NCBI GenBank assembly: GCA_009602725.1
Contig: WELB01000008.1
Coordinates: forward strand, 258,929-304,612
Reading direction: 5' to 3'
Source of the DNA: Spirogloea muscicola
Lineage: Eukaryota
Length of the DNA stretch: 45,684 bases
Each line of letters starts with the position of its first letter. The first letter of the stretch is position 1. A model generated the notes under the pieces. The model worked only from the letters and a program-made list of their open reading frames with translations. It was not told where the DNA came from and did not search any database. A program made the position numbers and the translations under genes. Shown in pieces: positions 12,155 to 24,420 of the stretch.

Positions 12155-12410
12155 AGGAAAAAGAAAGCGCGGCCAGATTGACTGGTGGCTGGGAAAGGCC
12201 AGCCCAGAGGAATGGACAAGGTCTGAAGGAGCCGGAGTGCGAAGGACTAGGACTAAGACATCAGCCAGGGAACGCTCAGTAACCTCTAGTAGGAGATGCA
12301 AGTCTTAGTAGCTAGCCGGCGGAAAGACGTCGCCCTGACGGACGCCGAAGGCCGCAGCCAAAGCTCGGCCTGCGAGCAAGTGAACCGCGAAGGCAATGGA
12401 CCGCTGAGAA
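12155..12410 (-). mobile_element. 5'-truncated CRE fragment (lineage B) with 3' UTR module
   Basis: QRSIAFAVHLLAGRALAAAFGVRQGDVFPPAS...TRGY*, then GGGCTGGCCTTTCCCAGCCACCAGTCAATCTGGCCGCGC; a similar copy lies at 16468-16630. Confidence 0.8.
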
Positions 12411-13399
12411 GGGTGGTGCAAGAGTTTGCCTATCGGAGATGACGGGCTCCTCAGGACTAGATTGGTCTGCGGTGATGACTCGAACAGCCTCTAAGCAGCG
12501 ACCACTAGTTGGACGTACTTGGTGGATCTTTCGAAGCGGCAGTCGCTCTAAGAAGGCAGTCTGAATGTACTACGAGTCGATGCATGCAATAGTTGATTGG
12601 ACGCCCACTCAAGGTGCCCAGCTGCCATGGTCTCTGTAGCCCGCCCTGCAAAGATAGATTCTGATGATGAAGTGTCGGAAGGAGTTGGGAGGTGAAGATT
12701 GGGTGTTCTGAGAGCCAGCATTGTCACTGCCCATAAGAATCGTCTACTTTTTGTTATTGACATCGCATCAATAGGACTACGTACACCTCAATGGGCTGTT
12801 ACAATCGCGAGCACCTTTGGGGTTGCCTCAAGCAACAGTGTTCTGCATTGTCCCGCCGAACTTTTTCAACTTTCTAGGTCATGGTTGCCCAAACTCAGCC
12901 CGCAAAGGATGCGCTGGCCACACCATTGCCCTGGTTGTGGAGCTCGCAGATGTCTCCTATCTTTCTCAAACTTTGGACAGGGCTGCTGCTGCTGCTGCTC
13001 GCTCAACACCATTCATTCTGCTGGGCTGCTTCCCTCGCTCAAAGTCAGACTGGGCTCATATAAGGGGCAGAGCAGTGTGCAGCGAGTCATGACAATGGGC
13101 CAACTTACTCTCACTACTATGTATGGACCTTGTCATGTCCCCTATGGGCTAGCCTCTCATTTGTGGGCTGGCTGTTCACAGCCTCTCAAATTTGCGACTT
13201 CCAAGAGCTCCTGGGTGCGGGCCGAGCAGACCACGGGATGCGGGAGGTGCCTCGGGCCTCTCCAGACCTGTCGGGTATTACCCAGCTTCCAATCGAGCCG
13301 CTCCAATGGACGCAAGCACGAGCGATCCGGGGCCGAGCGAACGGCCGGGCAGCCAGTGTTCGCTCTGCCAGTGCGAATGCGGCTGATAACGAAAAGAAG

Positions 13400-13985
13400 T
13401 GAGCTAGCTATTCCAAAGGGGTGGAGGCTGTGAATGGCCAGCCCAGAAAGTAGAGGTCCATAGAAGAATAAAAGAGACTCTTCCGGTAGAAAGGGCGCCC
13501 ATTGGGGATAGGGGCTGGAAAAGCCAGCCAAAAAGCCAAAAAGAATCAACAAAGTACGAGAAGGGGGCAAGGGGAAGCTCTAGGAAAAACAAGCACACGA
13601 AGAAACAAAGCAGCTACAGATCACTCAGTAACCCCTGCTAAGCAGCCTGAGGTCAAAGACGCTAGGCTCCTGGAAGTGGGTCCCCTGGCCAGAGCCGGTA
13701 GGGGCGATGGCTGTTTAGGGAGAAGTGCTCGCCCAGAGAGAAGAGCTGGCAAAGCCAGCCCAAAAAGAATGGACAATGTATAGGGCCAGCTCAGGAAACA
13801 ATTGAACAAGATTTCGACGGGGCCAGAATAGCGCCAAAGCACACTGCAACTCGAGTGAGAATTGGTGCTCAATATTCCCTGTTGAGCAGCAGGTCAGAGA
13901 AAGTGGTCTCCGAGTAGAAGGGAAGAAGCGCGGCCAGATTGACTGGTGGCTGGGAAAGGCCAGCCCAAAAGAATGGACAAAAGTA
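13400..13985 (-). mobile_element. Chain of CRE 3' ends, including a ~210-bp copy (13487-13696) of the 3' end of the 26-30 kb element
   Basis: 13487-13696 aligns by eye with 26040-26241 (ORF end ..LLSRGY* plus UTR); further modules at 13400-13450, 13722-13775 and 13925-13980. Confidence 0.8.
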
Positions 13986-14084
13986 GCGGGTTCCCAGTCT
14001 AGCGGGTCCGCTGACTATAGCCAAAGAAATTAGATTTATTTTATGCGCACCGCGCGCCTTTCTTCTTAAATATAATAAGGGAGC

Positions 14085-15230
14085 CAAAACAGAAAGCGGC
14101 TTGCCAAGACGGGGGAAAGGAAAAGATCGTGTATTAGAAAGAAATGTAGGCCAAATAGCCAGGTACAAAGGCAAGCACATCTAAAAATCTACATAACCTA
14201 CAGCAGATTGACCCGCTCAATAACCACGGGTCAAGACATAAAGGTCACTACTCGATGCATGAATACCAGATGCCAGGAACGGAGCCCTTCTGCCACCTAC
14301 TAGAGCTCGCCCAGCTTTCTGGTGCAAGGCACTAGCCTGAGCACGCTGCAAACAGGCCGAAACTCGACGTCGCAAGAGCGACAGATATGCAGCTGGCAAG
14401 CCCATCTCAGCCGGAAACACATCTGCGCGTCGAGTGTAGCCTAGATTGGCAATGTTTTGAAGCAGAGTGTGGAAGCGAGGACCCAGACAGCCAAAGATGT
14501 CGATTGCAGCTGGCAGGAGTTGATCGCATTGGGGGTAATCGGAGTAATGCCGCAGTTTTCTTTGCTCTGCTCCGCCCACTGCGTGCCCAGCAATGTGTGT
14601 TGATGCTGGGCCTTTATATGCCTCCGTAACAACAACGTCGACCAGGGCCCGTGGTCCTCCACCAGGTTGCACGCCCACAATGTCAAGTGTGCGGCGATGA
14701 TGACGTCCCTGGGCGTCCGTGGTGATAGGCATGATATTGTTGACTTCCACGACCGCACGGTAGCCGGCGTCGCGCATCAAGCCCGCCAGGGCATCGCGAA
14801 GGAGGTTGTGAATGCCCACCACTTCTGGTCCAGTGGGGCATCTCAGCATGTGAGTGGCGAGCACAGCACCCTCTGCACGGAAGCCGCACTCGCACTGGCG
14901 CACCCCAATCAGGCAATTAGGTGGGAGGCCGAGGAAGAGTTGAAGCGATGTCCGAAAGGCCTCGGAGCTGATGCTGAAGGCGTTGGCGACGGGGGGAGAG
15001 GTGATCCAGTCAGTGGCACCAGGTGTGGCCAGAGAAGTGAGTCTTGCCAAGCTCCTCGGATTGTTCTGAATCTCTGGCAGCCTCCTCAACCTTCTGCGGC
15101 GTTCGTCTTCCACTGCCGTAACCAGTCTGGATTGTGCCCCTCTATCAGAAGCTTGGGCGAGGGTGGAGAATGGCGTGAGTAGGGGTTGGAGAGAGGGGAA
15201 AGAGCTGATGGCTGAGTCGCGGATGCTCCT
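14085..15230 (-). mobile_element. 5'-truncated CRE retrotransposon (lineage F): uninterrupted linker, CCHC and RLE coding region, with 3' UTR
   Basis: ORF ending at 14217: ARLTSLATPGATDWI, LFLGLPP..RQCECG...HMLRC..G.E....HN.LRD, RRTLDIV..ALVDVVV, AEQRKLRHY, LPAAIDIFG.LG, SDLYVLTRGY*. The ORF-track extension above ~15230 runs through unrelated modules. Confidence 0.92.
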
Positions 15231-16467
15231 CAGATCCGCTTGGAAGGGGGAAAGGGCTGTGAACAGCCAGCCTGAAGAAAGGAACGAGGGAAGGCGCGCG
15301 AAAACATTGGAAACAAGGGAAACGCGCGCGGGGAGCCGATCGCGGGGATCCGCAGGGGGGGGGAGGGGATACGCGTTGGGCCCGCATCTCGGTGGGCCGC
15401 GGCCCACGGAATTGCGGCAACGTGGTGGCCCCGTCGGCAGATCTCGGGCCCCGCCGCGGAGGAACGTCACCATGCCGTACAGACGACGAGGTCCTGGCGG
15501 CTCCGGACAGCCAGCACGGGCCGTACGACGCCCCGCTCTCACTGGGCCAAAGCCCCCCGTGAGTGGCCGGCGCCCCCTGGGGAGGACGAAAGACTCTTCC
15601 CAGTAGGAGGGCAATGGCTGTGGTTGATTGAGCAACGTAGCTCTCCAAAGGGGGCAAGGGCTGTGGAAAGCCAGCCCGAAAAGAAGGGAGGTTCGAAGGG
15701 GCCAAAAGCGCTGACTCAGGACTTGGGTGGAATTGTGTCATTGGCCAGCCCAGAAAAGGAATGAACATTGAAGACATTCCCATGTGAATGTCCGTGGCAA
15801 TGGAGGTCGACTGCGCCGCAGAATAGACGTGCAGGCGCTGGTTCGTAGTGAGGGTACTTCCGCTGCAAGGGAAATTGACTGCATCAGGAGTATTGAGGTA
15901 GAGCGTCGCCCGCTAGAGGCCTACTGGACACTCGAACAGCATGGAGTAGCCGCTCAAGTAGCTGTGTCGGCCTTCCCTCATCTCCACATAGGCAGCCCTG
16001 CCGCGACTTGGTGTCTCATAACCCGGAGTGGCTTCGAGGAGAAGCGGGGCCGGGTGGCTGTCAGAAGCCCACTTCTGTCCAAGTTGTCGCACGAGAAGCT
16101 CGAGGTACACATCCCGGATGTGCTTGTTGTCATAGGCCGTCTAGAGCAATATTAAGACTGCGAGAAATGCTGAAGGGATCAAACCCTTAACCTTTGATTG
16201 TGGAGGCCTTCATTCTACCATTGCAACTAACAGCAAATATAAGATAAAATGTTGTGTTTGAATTATGCAACGAACAGTTGATGATTGCAGAGAAGAGGAA
16301 ATGGACCACTCCAACAGGGCAAAGTCGGGAGTGGCAGTACGGAGGCGGCACATATGAGCGTACGGCAGGACACAGCCAGCAAAGCAGGCCACTGTATGAC
16401 GCCAAGCAGCGGCAGGGAGGCACCTATGCAAGCTCATTTGCCCAGAATGACCTAAGTGCATGTGAAA

Positions 16468-16630
16468 GCGCAGGCCAGATTGACTGGTGGCTGTGAGAGG
16501 CCAGCCCAAAGGAATGGACAGGGTCTGAAGAAGCCGGAGTGCTAAATACTACGACAACAGCCAGGGGACTCTCAGGAACCTCTAATCAGGGGACTCTCAG
16601 TGACCTCTAGTCAGAAGGTGCAAGCCGGAA
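16468..16630 (-). mobile_element. CRE lineage-B 3' fragment with a ~26-bp internal tandem duplication
   Basis: Homologous to 12165-12300; CAGGGGACTCTCAG..ACCTCTA.T occurs twice within 16562-16612. Confidence 0.75.
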
Positions 16631-17339
16631 CAGAGAAGTGCAAGAGGTCACTCAGACTGGTGCAGGAAGTGGACTCCCATGAAAGCTGATATCTGGCAGC
16701 TAAGGCATGACCTAAATGCATAAGCTTGGAGAAGGCAGCAACAGGCAAACAGCTCATCATGCCCATGAGGCCAGCCGAAAACCTTACCTACTCGACAGAT
16801 GAGGTGCGCCCTTGTACACGGCAACTCCTGTGCCACACCCGCGTCCACGTTATCCGGAGCGGGTCGTGACGCCCAGCACCTGCCCCCCATCTGGGCAAGG
16901 GCGCGGAGTCGCCGACAAGCCGCAGCTCGAGCTTGGCCGTAGGCGGCGCCAAGGGCCGCAGGAGCCGCAGAAAAAATCTCCCGCCGGGGAGATGCGAGCC
17001 CGGCAGGCGCGGGATCTGCGGAGCGGGCCCCGCTTTCAATGCACGCTGCAGCGTGGGGCGGTGGCCGCACGAGCCGCACGAGAAAGCGCCGCGGCGCCGG
17101 AGCGCCGCGCCTCCGGCGCCTCCGGCGCCTCTTGTGGGTGATGGCGCCCAACGTCATCCCAGCCCCTATCAATGGGAACGCACTTTTTCCTTTCGACCTT
17201 GCCAAAAGTTTGGGGGACTTCATTCCCTCGAGTTTTTGGTAACAGTGGCTTCCCTCTCCTCTGGCTTTGCTTGCCCCTCTTCTCTGTGGGTGAGCATTTT
17301 CTTCTTCTCTTGGACTAGATTTCGTCTGACAATTGTGCT

Positions 17340-17800
17340 TAAATCTGGGCACCCCTACAATTCATGCGCACCGGGCCACCTTCTCTCTTTTGGTGGCTGG
17401 CCGTTTCCTCAGGCCTGGCCTTCTTTCGAACGTCAGCCCGCCAACGCCCTCCCACGGTTGGCTTTACAAGCCCCTCTCTATGGGCGAGCTCATTTTTGGG
17501 CTGGCTTTTCCAGCCCGTATTTTCGACGGGCGAGCCCTTCTTCTTTGTAGGTCTTATTCGTCGCCTACTGCAAACCTGTACATTCCTTTTGGGCTGGCCT
17601 CTCAAAGCCCTTACCCCCATCGGGAGAGCCACTTCTTCCTGGCTCCTTCAGACCTTGTCCATGCCTTTGGGCTGGCCTTTCCCAGCCTCCAGTCAATCTG
17701 GCCGCGCTTTCTTCGGGCTGGTTGTTCCAGCCCCTATTCTCAATGGGCGAGCACTTTCTTCTTCTTTCTTCCTTCTTCTCACAGCCACCAGTCATTTCGG
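17340..17800 (+). repeat. Head-to-tail array of about 7-8 CRE 3'-terminal stem-loop modules from different lineages
   Basis: Successive stem-loop + second hairpin + GAGC/GCC + pyrimidine-tail units starting near 17345, 17395, 17458, 17498, 17591, 17668 and 17714. Confidence 0.8.
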
Positions 17801-18529
17801 AAGCGCTGTTCATTAATCTGCCCGCGACCCCATCAGCTTCCCTCATCAGCCAGCGGCTGGACGAGCACCTACCTCCTTCCATCCTTTTTTTCTTCTTTGC
17901 ACTGGCTCTATCTGCCCGATGTACGGCTCGGCTTGGCCTCCGTACCTGTGATGTAGTGCTCACCAGCCCATGCAGACCTTCTCCGATATTTTCGGGCTGC
18001 TACACACAGCCCTTTGGTAGGAGAAAGGGCTCGCCCATTGAGGATAGGGGCTGGACAAGCCAGCCCTTTGGTAGGCCCTTTCAGTAACCTCTAGTCAGGA
18101 GATGCAAGCGCTTGGAAAGCGCTGTACAGCTCCTTCAGAGCCTGTCAATTCTTTTGGGGCTAGCTTTTAATGAAAGACTATTCCAGTGAGAGGCTCTTCC
18201 AGCCCTCGCCCAACTTCGAATGAGCTCACTTTTGTTTCCGAATGAGAGCAGCCGTGACGCACTCCGCGTGCCTTCTCCGCGCGGCTGGCTGGCGGGTCGG
18301 GGCGGCGCAGCTTGGCGCGGCCCCCTTTTGGGGGCCAAGCCCCGTGCAGGCCCCACCGCCGGGCTGGGGCTCGGGTGGGGTTCAGCGGCGCCGCCGGCCC
18401 GCGGGGTGGCGCAACCCCTCCCCGGCGGCGCCGCCACCGGCCCGGGAGCCGGTGTGGGCCCACGCCGGGCGGGGCGCACTGCCGCCCCCCTCAGCCGCCG
18501 CTCCCTCCCGCCGCTTTCGCTCATTTGCG

Positions 18530-18865
18530 CCTTCTGGCCCTCTCAGACCTTGTGCATTCCTCTGGCCCCCTTCTCGTTCATTCTTTTTTGGGCTGGTTTT
18601 TCCAGCCCCTATCCTCAATGGGCGAGCACTATCTTCTGGGCTGCCCTCTCACAGCCATTGCCTTTCTATCTGGCCGCGGTGTCTGCTTCCCCTGGCCCCC
18701 TTCTCGTGCTTTGTTCATTCTATCTTGGGATAGCTTTTCCAGCCCCTATCCTCAATGGGCGAGCACTTTCTCATTTCGCTACCCCGTTACCAGGACATTC
18801 GTGAAGGCTAGACTTGGCCTCTCTTTCAATTCCATGCGCACCGCGCGCGCATTCTCCCTCTTCAC
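18530..18865 (+). repeat. Chain of CRE 3' modules (C, B-like, C, A) immediately upstream of the MYC_N gene's GC-rich 5' region
   Basis: CCAGCCCCTATCCTCAATGGGCGAGCACT occurs twice (~18602 and ~18738); an A-type module lies at 18805-18862. Confidence 0.8.
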
Positions 18866-19467
18866 TGGGAAGTGCTGCCTTACACTGGAAGGCGGCATTT
18901 GCCNCCCGCCCCAGCTCGGCAAGCCCGGGACTGCTCGGCGACTCCGGCAGCTCCAGCCAGCAGCAAAGGGCCGACGGAGCCCCGCCGCCGTCGCGGCCGC
19001 GGCGGCCCCGCCGGCATCCCAACCCGGCTCCGGCCACCCATGGTTCTATGACCTCCTCGCCACTGCCGCAGCCGCCGCCACCGCCAGCTGCGCCGCACCT
19101 CTAGCTGCATCGCGCCGCCGCCGCGCTCAGCGCGGCACCTCCTCTGCGGCAGCCGCGCTGGGCGCCGAGTGCCGGTTATCCTCCTACGCCCTCGCGCTGC
19201 TGGCAAGGGGCTAACTGCCGCTCCGCTGCCAGCTGTGGCGGCTGCCGCTGCCCGAGGAGCAGTGGCCGCCGGTGCAGGCGAGCTGCGCTCACAGCTGGCG
19301 CCGTCGTCGCGGCCGCAGGTGGACTGCCGCTGCGGCGATCCACACCAGCTGAGGCCGCCGGACGCGGCAGCGCTGCATCCTGGCGCGGCACTGGCGCCGC
19401 AGCTCCTGCTGTTGCTGCTGCTGGCCTGTACACCTGTACCGCCGTCACCATCCTCTGGTCCAGCCGC

Positions 19468-22400
19468 ATGGAGCTTGAGCAGCTGCGGTTGCACGCCGAG
19501 CTGCAACAGCGGCTGCTGCGTGATGTCTGCGCCAGCAACGGCGGCTGGACTTACGCCATACATTGGCGCCAACGGACTCTCCATGCCTCCGTGTAAGCAT
19601 CCCCACGCCTTGTCGGTGCGGCGTCAGTGTTAAAGACGTGTAGTGAACGTCTCCGCGACGTGCGCCCACTGATGGCTACTGTGATGTGACACGGCCGCGC
19701 TCACCACAGGGTGACCATCAGCTGGCAACACGGGTGCTTCCTGCAGCAGCCGGCCCCAGGGTTACGGGAGTACTCTGCCGCACTGGCCGCCGCTGCCAAC
19801 CTGCCGGTGCTGCGGGCCCTCGTCGAATCAGCTCAGCGACAACGGCACGATCCATCCCAGTGGTAAGCTTGGGCCACCGTGTGCCGTCCAGCTGACAGAG
19901 GCCAGCTGGATGGTGTCACTTAGCCGCGACGCTGATAGAGCCAGGGGCTGGCTGGCTGCTCTGATTGCTCTGTTGCAAGCCCTGCAGCATCCTTGGCGCC
20001 GTCGTGGAAGACCGAAGGCCTCGGCTGACCTATCAAGCTGACATTGACGCAAATCGCGCTGGCCCGGTCTCGGAGAAGGTGAATAGCGGTGCTCCTCGCT
20101 TCCAAATTTCCCCCCTCGCTTCAGCATCTTGCCCACTGTCAGGTGTCCTTGTGCCAGCTGTGGCAAGCCCTTGCTCGCCCTGCATGAGAGATTGCTGTTG
20201 AGCGCTGGATCACGGCTCCAGGCAGGGCCGGCACTTGCATTCTGTCATCCCCCCTTTTTTGTGTTTGTGTTGTTTTGGCTTACTTTGCGCTCGCAGCACC
20301 CAGAGGACTGGGCTGCACACTTTGCTGCAGGGGTGCAGGTAAGCACTTTCCCGTGCTTACTCTAGCGGCGGCAGGCACATGCACAATCTACGCCGCTGCT
20401 TGGCGGCCTCTTCCAATCCGATTGTCTTGATTGAGCGTCACTGATGATGGCTGTCTCTTGCGGCCTATGACCCGCTTGCAGACGATTGCTCTTGTGCCCG
20501 TTCGCCGCGGGGTCGTGCAGCTGGCATCGCTCCGGCGAGTAATAGTTCGGGCCCCCCTCTAGAAGCTGAGACTGTCACGAGCATTGAAGTTTCGCAAGCC
20601 ACTTGACTCCTGCAAGAGCTGCATTTGGTTGGGTTTGCAGACTAAGGCCAGCTCTGGGAGCACTGCCTGCCATGCTGGTGCTGCATGCTCTGTTGCAGGG
20701 CTCACACTAGGATGCCTGGCTGTGGTAGACTGCCCTCAATGCCATCGTGGATTGGTGCCAACAACGCACATCAGAGGCAGCCGCTAACAGCTGCTAGACT
20801 TCTCAAGGCCGAAGCGATGCCATGGCAATGTAGGTGGTGCACGAGGAGGCAGATCTTGCGGGGCTACAGGCGCGCCTTGAGGAGTGGCAGGATCAGGTGA
20901 CAGCAATGCTGTCTGAAGCTGCCCAGGCAATGGGCCCTTCAGCCAACCTCCATTGTCCTGCAGCGCCCGAGCACGTGCCTGATGCTGCCGCACCGTCAGC
21001 CCTGCAGCAAGCGGGTCTTCCGTCTGCAGCTCCGCTGCAGCACGCACAGCCAGCAACGGCCGCAGCAGCGCAGGCGGCAGCAATTCAGCAGTTGGCCTTT
21101 GGGTTTAGGCCAGTTCTTGGCCGGCAGGCCAGTGAGGCCACCGGGTTGCTGCAGGCCATGGCACCTACAAGGGGCAATGACTCAGAGGCGGTCCAAGAGT
21201 TGCGGAGCTCGTTGGCAGAAAGCAGCGGTAACCTCTATGACGTTGTAAGGCTAGCTGGGGGAGCGCCGCAGCGGCAAATAGCCCACCTTGGTGGAGGCCC
21301 CGGGCCACAGCTGCACCTTGAATCGGCCGAGGGTGGCAGCGAGGGGCACAAGATGTTGCTACCGCAGGTCACCAGCAGTGACAGGTCCTTGATATCTACT
21401 GCAAGGCCAGCCAGCCCTGCTCTCCAAGCCTCACCCTCAATTCAAGTCCCTGAATGTGACGCTGCTTCCATGGCCAGGTTAGTTCAGGAGCTTGCGCAAG
21501 TTGCAGAGCAGCCTGCAGCACCTCTCAGGAGTGCTAGTGCTATCACAGTGCCGGCGGGCCAGCAGCGCCCAAATCGGCAACTATTCCAGGATCTTTCTGG
21601 CTTTCAACTCTCAAGGTCGCTGCCGGCTACGCTGGAGTATGGCGGCTCCTCGGACCAGTATGGCGGCTCCTCGGTACTTCAGCCTGACACTGGATCTGGA
21701 AAGCATTGAGTGGCACCAGTGTGCATCTGCTTGCCTGCCCGTTGATGGACCCTTACCTCCTGAATGTCTTCATCTTACACGTCTTGTCAAGGATATTGCT
21801 GGTCTGAAGTGCTACTGTGCCTCATCTATCCAGCGTGGGCCAGGCTTCTCATATTGCAACAATACTCAGGTGACTACAATGGAGATGGTGGAAGCGGCAC
21901 TAAGCAGAGTGGCAGCCTCATCCTCCGCAAGGAGCTCATCGGACCACGTGCCTTCTTACACCAGTGCTGCGCCCGTGATCATTGGGCAGGGCCAGGCACC
22001 TTTGCCAGATTTCGGTACCACTGGTGGGTCCTCAGGGCAGGAGCTTTCAGCAGAGCCCATGCAAGGCGGCAGCTTCCCTTTGGGCGCTACTGTTGGCAGC
22101 ACAAGCTCCATATCTACGTAAGTGACAGCAGACCTGCTACAGCTATCTAATATAGGCCACTCCCTGCTTGACAGCCCTGGTAAAATTAACAAAAGCACCT
22201 CGTCTATCCAGCATTTGACCCATGCACGGCCCCTGAGTTTTGCAGCGCTGTGGATCAAGATGCCTGCTTGAGATGTCTGAGGAGTGAGACTGGCACACTC
22301 CTTGCAGGGCAGCGCTTGTCACAATGGCCGCCTCACTGCCACCATGGTCCAGGAATGCTCTGCTGAAGCTGGCGGAGCTACAACGGCCTGCTGGGCTTGC

Positions 22401-23094
22401 CACGTCAGAGTTAATGGATGTAAGCCAGGAGCAGCTGCAACAATGGAGCAGGACCCTTGCATTGCCTGTGGCAGGGCCCACACTGCCTTCGTCGGCCTTT
22501 ACGACAAGCTCCAGTAGTGGAGCACAATTTGGTGGGCCGAGCCAGCGACCAAGGCTCATGACTGGCAGTGTTGCTCATTCTGATGGCCCAGGCAGCCAGC
22601 AGCACCAGCTCCAGCAGCTGATCAGTATGTTGGTCGCTGATGCCTCAACAACTCGACCCAAGAGCGTGCAGGCAGTGGACTGGCAGAGCACCGCGACCGT
22701 AACAAGCGGTCACAGCAGCGGCAGCCAGGACCTGAATATGCTGCAGCAGGGCCCGCCACCTCACAAGCGGCCGCATGAGATGATGCACTTTGAGGTGCCT
22801 CTGCTGCCTTCATCACTGCCGTCAGCAATGCCACAATCTCTGCTGCCGAGCCCGTCGCAACTCACTGTTCCCAGCTTGGATGAGCTGCAGCCGCTCGAAC
22901 ACATGGGCCAGCCTGTGGGCCAGACCTTACCTGGCGCCAGCAGCCCCTCCGCAGAGCTACGACCGGGCCAACAGCTTCCACCAGTATGGAGCATCAGCAG
23001 TCTGGAGCATGAGGAGCCCGAGGGCGTGCTGCCACACGGCAATGATGGCCGTGATGGAGAATTGGAAGAAGACAATGCAGGCGCCTCCAGTTGA
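19468..23094 (+). CDS. bHLH-MYC_N (LHW/RSS3-like N-terminal) domain protein with a long low-complexity C-terminus; no bHLH domain seen
   Basis: Phase-consistent GT-AG exons 19468-19592, 19710-19862, 19988-20078, 20297-20338, 20482-20538, 20834-~21673, ~21870-22117 and 22309-23094 give LQQRLLRDVCASNGGWTYAIHWR / VTISWQHGCF / CILGAVVEDRRP / HPEDWAAHFAAGVQ / TIALVPVRRGVVQLAS / VVHEEADL. This matches the MYC_N pattern WxYAxxW...F.AG.QT.A..PV..GVVQLxS. The exon 6/7 boundary and start codon are less certain. Confidence 0.82.
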
Positions 23095-23749
23095 CGATGA
23101 CTGTGGAGGGTTGTCTGGTCACAAGAAGCAGCAGCTTTTGTGCTTGCTAGCTGCACAGCCGTGATGCAGTTTGGGTGCTGCTTGTTGCTAGCCTCTTATG
23201 ATGGAGGAAATTGATAGTTATCAGCATTCGTTATACATTCATCTTGACGTTCTAACCACTAAGCCGATTGGCTGCTCTAAGTGTTGCAAACCTGTCAGGT
23301 CTAGTTGTGTGTTGAGGGACATCCTCAAGCCATCATCATTTGGCTGACGAGTGTTGCTACACAGTTGTATAGTTACCTTTGGCGCCTCTTGGCCCTTTGG
23401 ACCTTGTTCATTATTTTTGGGCTTTTCACAGCCCGCACCCCCTTTGAATGAGCTCATTTTTTCCTCAGGCAAGCGCTTGCTGTGAGACATCATAGACATC
23501 CCGCCCCTTTGGATGAGCTCACTACTACGTCCCTCGTTCGTTCCTCTCCTCTCAGAGACTCGTAGCTGGTGTGTAAGTGGCCCGCCCCGTGCACGCGCCG
23601 CATGACGCCGTTTGGCAGCGTGCCCGCCAAGGCCACTGGTGGCCCGGGCGCGTTCTCTGCGGCAACGGCGCCTTGGAAGCGGCGCCGGCGCCTTCTTTGG
23701 GTCGACCGTTGCGGCCAGCCGTACAACGCCTGATGAGATGCGCCTGGAG

Positions 23750-24150
23750 GAAGGGTAGACTCTTCCAGTAGAGGGCGATGTCCGTGATTGGCCAGCCCAG
23801 AAGATCCGAGGGGGGGATACCGAAGTCGAAAAGAGTGGTAGAGAGCTGTGAACCGCCAGCCTGACAGAGAATGGAATGTGATTGAGTGGTGGAGGGCGAA
23901 GAGAGAGGGTGGGCGAGAGAGATAGAAGAAAGTGCTCGCCCATTGAGAATAGGGGCTGGAAAAGCCAGCTCAAAAGAGAATGAACAGAGAGATAGAGAAG
24001 CAGCCCAAATAGAACAGCTCATCCAATTTACGGCGATGGCTGTGAGCGGCCAGCCCAGCAAAAGAGAGAGATAGACTAAGATAAATCTTTCAGTAGAGGG
24101 CGTCGGCTGTGGTTGGCCAGCCCAGAATAAGACTGAAGTTCTTCCAGAGG
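23750..24150 (-). repeat. Chain of about five CRE 3' modules
   Basis: Minus-strand GGCTGG...AGC/CAC-type stem-loop units near 23755-23800, 23835-23865, 23930-23975, 24015-24060 and 24085-24125. Confidence 0.7.
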
Positions 24151-24420
24151 AAGCGAGACAAGCACAGCGCATGCCCCTGATGAAGGCCGTGACAACGAAA
24201 TGCCTTCGATTGGAATTGGAAGTAAGCCACCTACTTGACCTACTCCGCGTCCACCGTCCCCATGCCGTTTTTGTCTCTCCTTGTCATCTGGAGCTCGGTG
24301 GCTTGACATCCTGCAGCCACTTGCGCAACAAGCGATGTCTTGGGGCTGGTGCAGCAGGGAAGCAGAACGCAATGCCGCGTTGACTTTGGCCCTTGTGCAG
24401 CTTATTGGTCTGACAACTTT

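Noticed and set aside
10100..13100. Possible decayed gene fragments (10100-11300 +, 11830-12100 -, 12700-13100 +)
   Set aside because: No recognisable motifs and interrupted frames; cannot be supported without homology searches.
15784..17150. Short ORFs and a GC-rich minus-strand exon-like block
   Set aside because: No recognisable product; GC-rich DNA gives open frames by chance.
17340..17800. CRISPR array, HDV-like ribozyme or histone stem-loop reading of the modules
   Set aside because: No constant repeat/spacer period or cas genes; the stem-1 loop is too short for HDV topology; no histone ORFs; the modules map to CRE 3' UTRs.
24177..24200. Hammerhead-like CTGATGA...GAAA (similar cores near 6880 and 23730)
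   Set aside because: No pairable stem II or flanking stems found.
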